Positions 9,276 to 18,619 of a DNA stretch of 64,000 nucleotides are shown one piece after another. Within the stretch, counting starts at the first letter, position 1, and each line of letters starts with the position of its first letter. This stretch comes from Parvibaculaceae bacterium (GTDB lineage Bacteria; Pseudomonadota; Alphaproteobacteria; Parvibaculales; Parvibaculaceae), in NCBI GenBank assembly GCA_965212385.1, contig OZ243109.1, positions 354,452 through 418,451 of the forward strand, written 5' to 3'. The notes beneath the pieces were generated by a model, which did not search any database, had not been told where the DNA came from, and saw nothing but the letters and a program-made list of their open reading frames with translations. A program made the translations under genes and the position numbers.

Positions 9276-9887
9276 TCAGTGAGAGAAGATGTCCTCATCC
9301 GGCCAACCGGCAAGGTCTAAGGAAGCTCGGACCGGCAGAAAGGCAAAGCAGGCCTTGGCATATTCCATGCGGCCTTCGCGCTCCAGCATGTCGTCTAGCA
9401 CCGTCTTCAGCTTATGAAGATGAAGCACATCTGAGGCGGCATACGACAATTGAGCCTCTGAGAGCGTTTCCGCCCCCCAGTCTGAACTCTGCTGTTGTTT
9501 GGATATTTCCACACCGGCAAGCTCCCGGCACAGGTCTTTCAGACCATGACGGTCGGTGTAAGTGCGGACCAGTTTTGACGCAATTTTGGTGCAGTAGATG
9601 GGCGTTGTCACAACACCCAGATATTGCTGCATGACGGCAACGTCGAAGCGGGCATAGTGAAATATTTTGGTGACGTCCGGGTTTGCCATCAGCGCACGGA
9701 GGTTCGGCGCGTCATATAGCGCGCGATCCAATTGAACGATATGGGCGTTTCCATCCCCGGCAGAGAGCTGCACCAAACACAGTTTGTCCCGCTGGATCTG
9801 CAATCCCAATGTTTCGCTGTCGACGGCGACGGAGGTACCGAAATCAAGATCCGCCGGTAGGTCGCCTTTGTGGAGGGTGATGGTCAT
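9276..9887 (-). CDS. rnd: Ribonuclease D (3'-5' exonuclease, short alphaproteobacterial form)
   Basis: VAVDSETLGL, LCLVQL, KIFHYARFD, CTKIASKL, SKQQQSSDWG and YAASDV motifs. Confidence 0.92.
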   Translation of the reverse strand: MTITLHKGDLPADLDFGTSVAVDSETLGLQIQRDKLCLVQLSAGDGNAHIVQLDRALYDAPNLRALMANPDVTKIFHYARFDVAVMQQYLGVVTTPIYCTKIASKLVRTYTDRHGLKDLCRELAGVEISKQQQSSDWGAETLSEAQLSYAASDVLHLHKLKTVLDDMLEREGRMEYAKACFAFLPVRASLDLAGWPDEDIFSH

Positions 9888-10217
9888 GCGCGCTTTCCGC
9901 CAATCTGCAGTCGCCGCAGGAGTTTAATGAGTGTTCAAAAACAACCGGCGAGCTGGACTGTGTCGTAAAAAACGCAACTTATTCAACCATTTAGGGCAGG
10001 TCAAACTGAAAACATAAAGCCAAATGGCTCTCTCTCAGCACCGATCGGACGAAACGGCGATTGTGGTAAATAAACCCTTAAAGTGTTTGTGGGATTGTGC
10101 CTGGAGATGCAATAGACATGCTGCACGCTTGTTTGTTGCACCGGCAATTTGGAACCGAGTTGCGTGAGCTCCGGGGACAAGAGCCGCTTTGATGTCTCAC
10201 CATGGAGGGGGTGCGGA

Positions 10218-10871
10218 ATGTCAGCAGTCGAACTCGTGAGGGTCTTTCTCGCGCTGTTCTTTGCGTCGACTGCCGTGTTCTATGTGGTGCGGATCGCGCT
10301 GCTGGAGAAACAGCTTTCGCGACCCGCCGTTTACGTCGGACAACCCGGAAACCTTCACTTCATAACTCATCGACTTTTTGCAGCATTTCGCGCCACCATT
10401 CTTGGTGTTTGTGTCGTCCGGGTGCCGTTTCCAGCGGTCGATGGCTATTTGGTCCCGATCGGTTTCCTGAACCATGACGCGGTCATTCTGTTCGGCGCCG
10501 CCCTTCTGGCAGTCAGCGCTTTCGGCATCGTCAAAATCAACCTGTTCATGAAGGACAATTGGCGCTCGGGCACAAGGCAGGAAGACACATCCGATCTTGT
10601 GACGACTGGGCCGTACGCGTTTTCACAGAACCCGATGATGCTTCTTGTTGTAGTGGCACAGGTCGGTTTCTTCCTGGCATTGCCAACCGTTTTCTCTCTG
10701 GTCTGCTTGCTGGTGGGTGTTTGGGCGGTCGTCATGCAGGTTAGCGTTGAACGGGACAGCCTGACACAGCGATTTGGCGAGGAGTATGTGCGATATGCAC
10801 AAGAGACACCTCGATGGTTGTTTTTCAAACCGGCCGTTGTCGGCGGAAGTGTCACCAAGCAATCGGTATGA
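10218..10871 (+). CDS. Isoprenylcysteine carboxyl methyltransferase/PEMT-family membrane methyltransferase
   Basis: Multi-TM; LVTTGPYAFSQNPM, E...L..RFGEEY..Y...TPRW motifs; GGAGGG RBS before ATG 10218. Confidence 0.8.
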   Translation: MSAVELVRVFLALFFASTAVFYVVRIALLEKQLSRPAVYVGQPGNLHFITHRLFAAFRATILGVCVVRVPFPAVDGYLVPIGFLNHDAVILFGAALLAVSAFGIVKINLFMKDNWRSGTRQEDTSDLVTTGPYAFSQNPMMLLVVVAQVGFFLALPTVFSLVCLLVGVWAVVMQVSVERDSLTQRFGEEYVRYAQETPRWLFFKPAVVGGSVTKQSV

Positions 10872-10961
10872 AACAGCCGCGTTGAAAGGTCATGCCCTTC
10901 AGTTATGTTTTTGGGGATGAACCGGTCGCAGCTCAACACAGTTGTTTAGCCGGTCCAATGT

Positions 10962-11048
10962 TGGTGCCCAGGAGAAGACTCGAACTTCCACGCCCTTGCG
11001 GGCACTAGCACCTGAAGCTAGCGCGTCTACCAATTCCGCCACCTGGGC
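10962..11048 (-). tRNA. tRNA-Leu (anticodon CAG)
   Basis: Reverse complement GCCCAGGTGGCGGAATTGGTAGACGCG-CTAGC-TTCAGGT-GCTAG-variable arm-GGAAGTTCGAGTCTTCTCCTGGGCACCA; cloverleaf with encoded CCA. Confidence 0.97.
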
Positions 11049-11329
11049 CCAAGGTGCGGAGAATTATCTCTCGCACCTCACTTTGTCAATCGTACAGCAG
11101 GGGTTTGTGGCAGGATAGTCGGGTTTTTGCGCCATTGGCCCTACCTTCGCGCTAGGGCTCTGCGGCAACGGGGCCTCTATACGCATGCGTTAAGCTGCGC
11201 TATCAAGTCCTACCGCCCGGCGCGGGCGACTCAGGCCTTTTCAAGGGGACTGTGGAAGGCCTGGTCAGAAGCGTGCGTCGGCTGGCGCTGGATGGTTCAG
11301 TGCCAAAACACTTCAAGAGGGACAGCGCG

Positions 11330-12316
11330 ATGTCAGCGTCCATATCTGGATCAGAGCTTAAAGCAGGGGATCTCGTTACCGTATTTGGCGGCTCGGGTTT
11401 TGTCGGGCGCTACCTGGTACGAGCATTGGCAGAAAAGGGCTATCGAGTCCGCGTTGCTGTCCGTCGTCCCAATCAAGCGCTGTTCCTAAAGCCCATGGGC
11501 GATGTGGGACAGGTGCAGCCGGTCCAGGCCAATATTCGTGACCGCCGCTCCTGCGCGGCTGCCATTGAGGGCGCAAGCGCCGTCGTCAATCTGGTGGGTG
11601 TCCTTTACGAGAGTGGCGCGCAGAAATTTGACGCGGTCCACGCTGCTGGCGCGCAACTGGTGAGCGAGCTGGCTGCAGAGGCAGGGATCACCAATTTCGT
11701 TCAGATGTCCGCTATTGGCGCTGACGCGGGCAGTGGCTCAGCCTATGCGCGGTCTAAAGCAGCTGGCGAAGCGTCGGTGCAGGAGGCAATTCCAACCGCG
11801 ACCATCATTCGACCCTCAATTGTTTTTGGACCCGAGGACCAATTCTTTAATCGCTTCGCCGCCATGGCGCGCCTTGCCCCCGCACTTCCTTTGATTGGTG
11901 GTGGCCAGACAAAATATCAGCCAGTCTATGTGAAAGACGTTGCTGCTGCGATGACCGCCGCGTTGGAAACCACAGAGTGGGATGGCAAGGTTTTGGAGCT
12001 TGGCGGACCGGACGTCGCGACGTTTGCCGAACTGATGCAGCTCATGCTGAAGGAGATTGATCGCACACGTCCTTTGGTCCCGCTTCCCTATTTTGTCGCC
12101 AAGACGATGGCGACGGTGCTGCAAATCCTGCCGTCGCCGGTATTGACCGTCGACCAGGTCGAGCTTTTGAAGCACGACAATGTGGTGAGCGATGGCGCGT
12201 TGGGTCTTTCAGACCTGGGAATTGAGCCTGCTGCAATGTCGGCGATCTTGCCTGCCTACCTATATCGCTTTCGACGCACCGGGCAATTCGCTGGCGGCGT
12301 CACGAACGGCGCCTGA
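11330..12316 (+). CDS. Complex I NDUFA9-like NAD-dependent epimerase/dehydratase
   Basis: VTVFGGSGFVGRY, RVRVAVRRP, VVNLVGVL, YARSKAAGE, IRPSIVFGPEDQFFNRF and QPVYVKDV motifs. Confidence 0.9.
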   Translation: MSASISGSELKAGDLVTVFGGSGFVGRYLVRALAEKGYRVRVAVRRPNQALFLKPMGDVGQVQPVQANIRDRRSCAAAIEGASAVVNLVGVLYESGAQKFDAVHAAGAQLVSELAAEAGITNFVQMSAIGADAGSGSAYARSKAAGEASVQEAIPTATIIRPSIVFGPEDQFFNRFAAMARLAPALPLIGGGQTKYQPVYVKDVAAAMTAALETTEWDGKVLELGGPDVATFAELMQLMLKEIDRTRPLVPLPYFVAKTMATVLQILPSPVLTVDQVELLKHDNVVSDGALGLSDLGIEPAAMSAILPAYLYRFRRTGQFAGGVTNGA

Positions 12317-12332
12317 TCGCGACAAGAAGCTC

Positions 12333-13133
12333 TTACAGATAGAGCCAGCCGAGAAGACCGACCCCAAGCACAAGCCGATAGATCACAAAGGGCGTGAGCG
12401 TCATGTGCGCCATCATTTTCAGGAATAGATGAATGGCAGCAAGCGCAACGCCGAATGACAGGGCTGCTGCGATCACCATGTCATAGCCGAGACTTGCATC
12501 GCCGTCCTGATAGACCGTGATCGCACTGGCTACTGCACCCCCAAGGATTGTTGGGATGGAAAGCAGCATGGAGAACCGAGCGGCATCTTCGCGCGCGAAA
12601 CCCAACATGCGGGCGGCGGAAATGGTGACACCAGCGCGGCTCGCGCCAGGAACAAGAGCAAGGACTTGTGCGCATCCGATGAGGATCGCCGCATTCCAGT
12701 TCATGTTTTCGAGGCGCTGGGTCGTCGCGCCGGCGCGATCTGTGAGCCAAAGCACCCCTGCGAATATGAGGTTGGCCCAAGCCACAATGGCGGCTGCACG
12801 GAGCAAATCGACAAAGCCTGTGGAGAGAAGAAAGTAGCCAACGATGATGACAGGGATGGTCGCGCCGACAATGTAGAGCGCCATGCGCCCATCATCTGTG
12901 AGGCGACCCTGCAGCAGAGCAACCCCACCCAGGACCATCGCCCAAACGTCCCGCCGAAAATAGAGCAATACTGCGCCCAACGTCCCTGCATGCACCGCCA
13001 CATCAAGCAGCACGCCCTGGTCGGCCCAGTCAGTCAGTTCGTGGATCAGACTCAGATGGCCAGACGAGCTGATTGGCAGAAACTCGGTGATGCCCTGAAT
13101 GAGCGCAAGAAGGATCAATTGTTCCAGGGACAT
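12333..13133 (-). CDS. uppP: Undecaprenyl-diphosphate phosphatase (BacA)
   Basis: QGITEFLPISSSGH and PGASRAG motifs; multi-TM. Confidence 0.96.
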   Translation of the reverse strand: MSLEQLILLALIQGITEFLPISSSGHLSLIHELTDWADQGVLLDVAVHAGTLGAVLLYFRRDVWAMVLGGVALLQGRLTDDGRMALYIVGATIPVIIVGYFLLSTGFVDLLRAAAIVAWANLIFAGVLWLTDRAGATTQRLENMNWNAAILIGCAQVLALVPGASRAGVTISAARMLGFAREDAARFSMLLSIPTILGGAVASAITVYQDGDASLGYDMVIAAALSFGVALAAIHLFLKMMAHMTLTPFVIYRLVLGVGLLGWLYL

Positions 13134-13234
13134 GAATGTAAGCCAGCTAAAACAGGGTGCAGAAGTGTTATAGTATTTGGTCAGATATTTCCATTGCCCT
13201 AAATGCAGGACGTTGGAATTGATGGAGTGGTGTC

Positions 13235-13636
13235 ATGAAGATTGGAACTCTGGCGGAACGTGCAGGGCTTTCGACGAAGACCATACGCTATTACGAGAAA
13301 GTCGGTCTCATTGATCCGCCGCCACGCACAGAGGGCGGTTACCGCTCCTATGCGGACGAAGACATCGATATTTTGCGTTTCGTCGCCCGCGCGCGGGGCT
13401 TGGGCTTCTCCGTGAAGGAATGCAAAGCGCTCCTGACGCTCTACAGCGACCGAACGCGAGCGTCGGCAGACGTGAAGGCGCTCGCGCTGGCCCACATTGA
13501 AGAGGTAGATCGCAAGATCAAGGAGTTGCAGTCAATCCGCGACACGCTGGGGGAGCTTGCTACCAAGTGTCATGGCGATGACAGGCCTGACTGCCCGATA
13601 ATTGAAGAGTTGTCGAATGTGGGCGAAGCGCGCTAA
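13235..13636 (+). CDS. cueR: Cu(I)-responsive MerR-family regulator
   Basis: MerR HTH (IRYYEKVGL, GYRSY), RASADVK and C-x7-C metal loop (CHGDDRPDC). Confidence 0.88.
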   Translation: MKIGTLAERAGLSTKTIRYYEKVGLIDPPPRTEGGYRSYADEDIDILRFVARARGLGFSVKECKALLTLYSDRTRASADVKALALAHIEEVDRKIKELQSIRDTLGELATKCHGDDRPDCPIIEELSNVGEAR

Positions 13637-13707
13637 GGGTGGGGCGCCTGATTCTCACGAAATCTGTGCCCTAATGTTGCCCTAGCCACCCGTGTAAACT
13701 GAGCCGC

Positions 13708-14388
13708 ATGCCACAACTCTATCACCTTCCAGTATCGCCAACCTGCCGAACCGCACGTCTGTTGCTCGGTGAGAAGGGGATAGAACCAGCTCTGCGTGAA
13801 GAGCGCGCCTGGGAGCGGCGGGAAGATTTTTTGCGGCTTAATCCGGCAGGCGAAATTCCGGTATTTGTCGAGGAAGATGGGTTTGTGGTTCCGGGCTTCT
13901 GGCCACTGGTTGAGTACCTGGAAGAAAAATACCCAGACCCAAGCCTGCTGCCTTCCGACGTTGCGGACCGGGTTGAAGCGAGACGGATTGCAGATTGGTT
14001 CGCGACAAAGTTTGCCGCAGAGGTTTCTGAGCCGCTTATCTACGAGAAGGTGACAAAACGCTTTTTGAGCGTATCCGCAGGCGGCGGCGGGCCGGAGATG
14101 GCCGTTGTGCGCGCCGCGCTCCATAATATTCGGTATCACCTGGACTATATCTGCTACCTGATGGAAAGCCGTACCTGGCTTGCAGGAGATACCCTTAGCA
14201 TTGCAGATCTCGTTGCTGCGGCGCATTTCTCCTGTCTCGATTACGTGGGCGACGTGCCCTGGCGGCAGTATGAAGCCGCTAAAGAATGGTACGTGAGGAT
14301 CAAGTCGCGACCAGCATTCCGCACCCTGTTGGCAGACCATGTTGCCGGAATGCCGCCGCCTCGCGCCTATGCAGACCTGGACTTCTGA
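13708..14388 (+). CDS. fzlA: GST-family protein, FtsZ-binding FzlA-like
   Basis: GST fold (LNPAGEIP); WERREDFL, EWYVRIKSRPAFRTLLAD and C-terminal YADLDF; uppP/queG neighbourhood as for fzlA. Confidence 0.75.
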   Translation: MPQLYHLPVSPTCRTARLLLGEKGIEPALREERAWERREDFLRLNPAGEIPVFVEEDGFVVPGFWPLVEYLEEKYPDPSLLPSDVADRVEARRIADWFATKFAAEVSEPLIYEKVTKRFLSVSAGGGGPEMAVVRAALHNIRYHLDYICYLMESRTWLAGDTLSIADLVAAAHFSCLDYVGDVPWRQYEAAKEWYVRIKSRPAFRTLLADHVAGMPPPRAYADLDF

Positions 14389-14393
14389 CGCTG

Positions 14394-15545
14394 ATGGCGA
14401 CGTCGGATCAAATTGACGTCGCGGCGCTGAAGCGGAAGATTGCCGCGGAAGCAACGGCTGCGGGCTTTGACGATATCGGTTTTGCACCGGCCGAGTTGGA
14501 TGCTGAGACCCAACAGAATTTTCTGGACTGGCTCCAGAAGGGCGCGCATGGCGACATGGCCTGGATGGAAGAGACTAAGGACCGTCGGCGGTCACCAGAT
14601 GCGCTTTGGCCGGATGTTAGAAGCGTCATCGTCTTGGCGATGAATTACGGGCCGGATCACGACCCTCTCGAGAGCCTCAACCAAGCAGACAAGGCCAATA
14701 TTTCTGTTTATGCACGGAACCGCGACTACCACGATCTCGTAAAGAAGCGGCTGAAACGGATCGCGCGATGGCTCGTGGCTGAGACCGGTTGTGAGCTCAA
14801 AGTCTTTGTTGATACGGCGCCTATACTGGAGAAACCCGTTGCGGCTGGGTCTTTGCTCGGTTGGCAGGGCAAGCACACCAATCTTGTGTCCAGCAAGCTG
14901 GGAAGCTGGTTCTTCATTGGCTCTATCTTTACCGATCTGGAACTTCCGTCGGACGGCGCGCATGCGGACCAATGCGGGTCTTGCCACGCCTGTCTCGACA
15001 TCTGTCCAACCGACGCTTTTCCAGGGCCTTACGAGCTAGACGCGCGCCGCTGCATCTCTTACCTGACCATTGAGCATAAAGGGCACATCCCGTTGGAGTT
15101 CAGGCGACCAATGGCAAACCGCATCTATGGGTGTGATGATTGCCTCGCGGTCTGTCCCTGGAACAAGTTTGCCCGGACGGCATCAGAAATCGCGCTTCAA
15201 CCTCGTGAAGACCTTATGGCTCCTGATCTCGGTAAGCTATTGACTCTTACAGATGAAAGTTTTCGGGCTCTCTTTGCTGGGTCGCCAATCAAGCGCATCG
15301 GCCGGGACCGCTTTCTCCGGAATGTCCTGATCGCCGCAGGTAACTCTGGCGAAGGGACTTTGGTCCCTCAGATCATAGAACACTTGAGCGATGCGTCGGT
15401 CTTGGTTCGGGCGATGGCCGTGTGGGCTCTAGGCGAATTGATGTCGTCAGGAGAAGCGGCGGATCTGTCAGACGCGTATTCAGACCGTGAAACAGATGCT
15501 GATGTTAAGGCTGAGTGGGCGCGCTTGGCGATACCTCCCCAATGA
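14394..15545 (+). CDS. queG: Epoxyqueuosine reductase
   Basis: YARNRDYHD, VDTAPILEK, CGSCHACLDICPT, RCISYLTIE and GCDDCLAVCPWNKF Fe-S motifs. Confidence 0.96.
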   Translation: MATSDQIDVAALKRKIAAEATAAGFDDIGFAPAELDAETQQNFLDWLQKGAHGDMAWMEETKDRRRSPDALWPDVRSVIVLAMNYGPDHDPLESLNQADKANISVYARNRDYHDLVKKRLKRIARWLVAETGCELKVFVDTAPILEKPVAAGSLLGWQGKHTNLVSSKLGSWFFIGSIFTDLELPSDGAHADQCGSCHACLDICPTDAFPGPYELDARRCISYLTIEHKGHIPLEFRRPMANRIYGCDDCLAVCPWNKFARTASEIALQPREDLMAPDLGKLLTLTDESFRALFAGSPIKRIGRDRFLRNVLIAAGNSGEGTLVPQIIEHLSDASVLVRAMAVWALGELMSSGEAADLSDAYSDRETDADVKAEWARLAIPPQ

Positions 15546-16302
15546 ACGCGGTGGCAGCGGTTGCTGCCGGCCCAAGCGAACCATCGGGTCGCCGGTCTTC
15601 GGCGAGGATAAAGCGCCAGTCTTCCAATGCACCTGCTTCGTCGCCTTGCTCGTAGCGAATGAGACCGCGTTCCAGGCGGGCAGCTACTTGATCGATACCA
15701 TTTGCAAGCGCGGCATCAATATCTGCAGCTGCAGCGTCTAGCTGTTTGTTCTGCCGATGCAACCTGCCTCGCAGGAGGTAAGCCGCGGCAAATGTTGGGT
15801 TGTTGGCGATCGCAAGATTGACGTCCTGCAAGGCAAGAGCTGTTTGTTTCTCAAGTTCATAACCGCGGGCGCGGCCAAAAAGGAGCTCCGGGTCTTCCGG
15901 AATAAAGATCAACGCTTGTGTGAAAGCCTCTGCCGCTTGCGGCCCGCTATTGGCCAGTAGCCAAGCGTCGCCAGCTTGCTGATGAAGCAATGCACGCTCT
16001 ACATCTCCTATCGTCTGGCCTTCTATGGCTGCACGTGTAAACCGCTCCGCCGCCGCATCGAATAAGCCCAACCCGATAAGGGCTAGCCCAGCGCAATGGG
16101 AGGCGCCGCCGGTAACGTCGGTTTCGGCCCAGGCGAGTGCCATATCATAGCCTGCATCGGGATCGGTCCGCGTGAGATCAACGCAAGAATTGTAGGTGAT
16201 CGGCTGTGCATGTGCCTGGTCGAGCGGGGCGAAGGCCGCTATCAGGCTCAGGGTGCCGATGCGGATCATTGGTCCGCACAAGGTCTCTGTGATACGCATC
16301 AT
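15505..16302 (-). CDS. Secreted TPR-repeat protein
   Basis: Signal peptide; HC..LAL motif and repeated TPR helices (AGDAWLLA, LFGRARGY, AYLLRGRL, ERGLIRY). Confidence 0.75.
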   Translation of the reverse strand: MMRITETLCGPMIRIGTLSLIAAFAPLDQAHAQPITYNSCVDLTRTDPDAGYDMALAWAETDVTGGASHCAGLALIGLGLFDAAAERFTRAAIEGQTIGDVERALLHQQAGDAWLLANSGPQAAEAFTQALIFIPEDPELLFGRARGYELEKQTALALQDVNLAIANNPTFAAAYLLRGRLHRQNKQLDAAAADIDAALANGIDQVAARLERGLIRYEQGDEAGALEDWRFILAEDRRPDGSLGPAATAATAFIGEVSPSAPTQP

Positions 16303-16368
16303 GGTGCGTAAGGTTCAACATGCACCTTGTTTTGGCAACAGGGAAGTTGAGGCAATAACGGAGCAGGT

Positions 16369-17241
16369 GTGACAGAGAGACATCTTTTTGCATTTGGTTT
16401 TGGATCGACGGCTGCTGTTTTGGCGTCCCGCTTGATGGACAGTGGGTGGCAAATATCGGGGACCTGTCGAACGTCAGAAAAAGCAGAAGCCATGCGATCT
16501 CAAGGCGTGCGTCCGCACATCTTCACGCAAGACCAAAAGCTTGACCCTGGCATATTGAATGGAGTGACACACATCCTTCTCTCCATACCTCCGGATGAAG
16601 ACGGAGATCCTGTTCTGCGGTCGATAAAAGATGAAATTGAGAGCCATTGTGAAACCATCGAATGGATCGGCTATCTTTCTACAACCGGCGTCTATGGGGA
16701 TCGGGCCGGCGCTCTTGTCGATGAAACCATGGAGATGGCGCCGACCAGCGACAGGGGAAAACGAAGGCAGATCGCCGAAGAAGCGTGGTTTTCACTGGGA
16801 CGCGAGATAGGCGTGCCCGTTCAGACCTTCCGTCTTGCAGGCATTTATGGCCCTGGCCGAAATCAAATCGTCTCCTTGCGCTCCGGCAAGGCGCGGCGCA
16901 TTGTGAAACCGGGCCACGTCTTTTCGCGAATCCATGTTGAGGACATTGCGTCGGTCTTGGAAGCTTCGATTGCCAAACCCAATTACGGCGCGGCGTATAA
17001 TGTGTGCGACGATGAAGCGGCCCCGCCTCAGGATGTTGTGGCTTTTGCCGCAGAGCTGATTGGAGTGGAGCCTCCGGCAGAAGTCCCGTTTGAAAACGCC
17101 GAACTCACCCCCATGGCCAAAAGCTTCTACGCGGAGTCGAAACGGGTCTCCAACGAACGCATTAAGCGGGAACTGGGCGTGAAGCTGCAATTCCCGACCT
17201 ATCGCGAAGGCCTTCGCGCCCTGGCGGATGCGGGCGCCTGA
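16369..17241 (+). CDS. Atypical SDR/NAD-dependent epimerase (YeeZ-like)
   Basis: FGFGST, YLSTTGVYGD, FRLAGIYGPGR, FSRIHVEDIA and FPTYREG motifs. Confidence 0.88.
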   Translation: MTERHLFAFGFGSTAAVLASRLMDSGWQISGTCRTSEKAEAMRSQGVRPHIFTQDQKLDPGILNGVTHILLSIPPDEDGDPVLRSIKDEIESHCETIEWIGYLSTTGVYGDRAGALVDETMEMAPTSDRGKRRQIAEEAWFSLGREIGVPVQTFRLAGIYGPGRNQIVSLRSGKARRIVKPGHVFSRIHVEDIASVLEASIAKPNYGAAYNVCDDEAAPPQDVVAFAAELIGVEPPAEVPFENAELTPMAKSFYAESKRVSNERIKRELGVKLQFPTYREGLRALADAGA

Positions 17242-17283
17242 TTGCCCCAGATCAAGGCGGTGGGAATGGGTTGGACCTAGATT
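17242..17283 (+). promoter_or_regulatory. FNR/FixK-type class II promoter
   Basis: TTGC-CCCAGA-TCAA box (17242-17255) fits TTG(A/C)-N6-(T/G)CAA; -10 TAGATT at 17278-17283 places the box centre about -41.5 from a predicted start near 17290. Confidence 0.7.
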
Positions 17284-17312
17284 TCTCCTCAGACGAGAAA
17301 AGGAGGTCGGTC

Positions 17313-17711
17313 ATGTCCCACCACTATCACGCAATTGTCTGGATTGATCACCACGAAGCGCGCGTCATTGAAATCGGCAAGGACGAAGTCGATGAGGTGC
17401 ACGTGAAACCGCACCATCCGATCAAACATCTGCATACCAAAACCGGTTCAAGGTCCAGCTGGCGAGCACCTGAGGACGCGACTTACTACAAATCAGTCGC
17501 GGAGAGGTTGCGCCCTGTGAGCGAAGTGCTGGTGGTTGGGCCGGCGAATGCCAAAACGGAATTTGTAAAATATCTCCACAAGAAAGATCCCAAGACTGCG
17601 GAGAAGATCGTTGGGGTGGAGACGGTTGACCATCCGACCGACGGGCAATTGGTTCACTATGCCAAGGCTTACTTTAAACAAGCAGATCGCATGCTCCCGC
17701 AGCTGGACTGA
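17313..17711 (+). CDS. Stand-alone eRF1 domain 2/baeRF-like protein (often annotated as translational machinery protein)
   Basis: AGGAGG RBS; HAIVWIDHHEARV, VLVVGPANAKTEF and IVGVETVDHPTDGQL motifs; 132 aa, His-rich. Confidence 0.7.
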   Translation: MSHHYHAIVWIDHHEARVIEIGKDEVDEVHVKPHHPIKHLHTKTGSRSSWRAPEDATYYKSVAERLRPVSEVLVVGPANAKTEFVKYLHKKDPKTAEKIVGVETVDHPTDGQLVHYAKAYFKQADRMLPQLD

Positions 17712-17719
17712 ACCTCAGG

Positions 17720-18490
17720 TCAGCCGCCGAGATCGCGCAGAAGCAGGTCGAGCGTTTCTGTGAGGCGCGCGATATCGTCTGGCTCCGACAATCTATGATC
17801 GCCGCTCTTCGTGAGTGAAACGGTGACGTCCTCACTCGCAAGTGTTTCTGCGAGCAACATGGCGTGCCGCCAAGGCACATCTTCATCGGCCATGCCTTGC
17901 AATATCCGAACAGGAAGAGTGAGCGGAATGGGGCCTCCGAGCAAGAGGTGTTGGCGTCCATCCTCAATCAAGCGATAGCTGATTTCATACGGCTCATCGT
18001 CATAGTCCGATGGCTGCCGGTATATTCCCTCGGTCCTGAGGGTTCCGCGGATCGTTTCATCGAAGCCCTCCCACATAAGAGCTTCGGTGAAATCGGGCGC
18101 TGGGGCGATCAGCACCAGGGCCTTGACTTGCTCCGGGCGCGCGAGCGCTGCCAACAATGCAATCCAGGCCCCCATGCTGGACCCGACCAGAACTTGCGGG
18201 CCCGCTGCGAGCTCATCAAGAACGGCGAGCGCATCGTCACGCCATCTTGTAATTGTGCCGTCGGTAAACGTGCCGCTTGATTGCCCATGTCCAAAATAGT
18301 CAAAGCGGGTATAGGACCTTTGGTGTGTCGCAGCCCAATCCGCCAATGCTGTCGCTTTTGTTCCAGTCATGTCCGACTTGAAGCCACCCAGCCAGACAAA
18401 TCCAGTTCCACCGGCAGCTTTATCCTGCAGATAGGCCAGCTTTTCGCCCTGGTCGCGCGCGAGAAAGGAAACTTGGGTTTGGGTGTTCAT
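17720..18490 (-). CDS. Alpha/beta hydrolase
   Basis: GGFKSDMTGTKA, GSSMG nucleophile, ILQGMADEDVPW and GDHRLS motifs. Confidence 0.9.
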   Translation of the reverse strand: MNTQTQVSFLARDQGEKLAYLQDKAAGGTGFVWLGGFKSDMTGTKATALADWAATHQRSYTRFDYFGHGQSSGTFTDGTITRWRDDALAVLDELAAGPQVLVGSSMGAWIALLAALARPEQVKALVLIAPAPDFTEALMWEGFDETIRGTLRTEGIYRQPSDYDDEPYEISYRLIEDGRQHLLLGGPIPLTLPVRILQGMADEDVPWRHAMLLAETLASEDVTVSLTKSGDHRLSEPDDIARLTETLDLLLRDLGG

Positions 18491-18619
18491 AGGCGCATCC
18501 TGTAAAAGAGCTGTCGCAATATCCAGATAGGCAGTGGGCGCTTGTATCTTTGGCTTTCATTGCCTACCCAATGATATGGCCCAATCTGAGACGTCGATCA
18601 AACAGGTGAGAAACCCTAC

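Noticed and set aside
15505-15545. 41-nt convergent overlap of queG and the TPR gene
   Set aside because: Short 3' overlaps are common; both C-termini are low-information tails.
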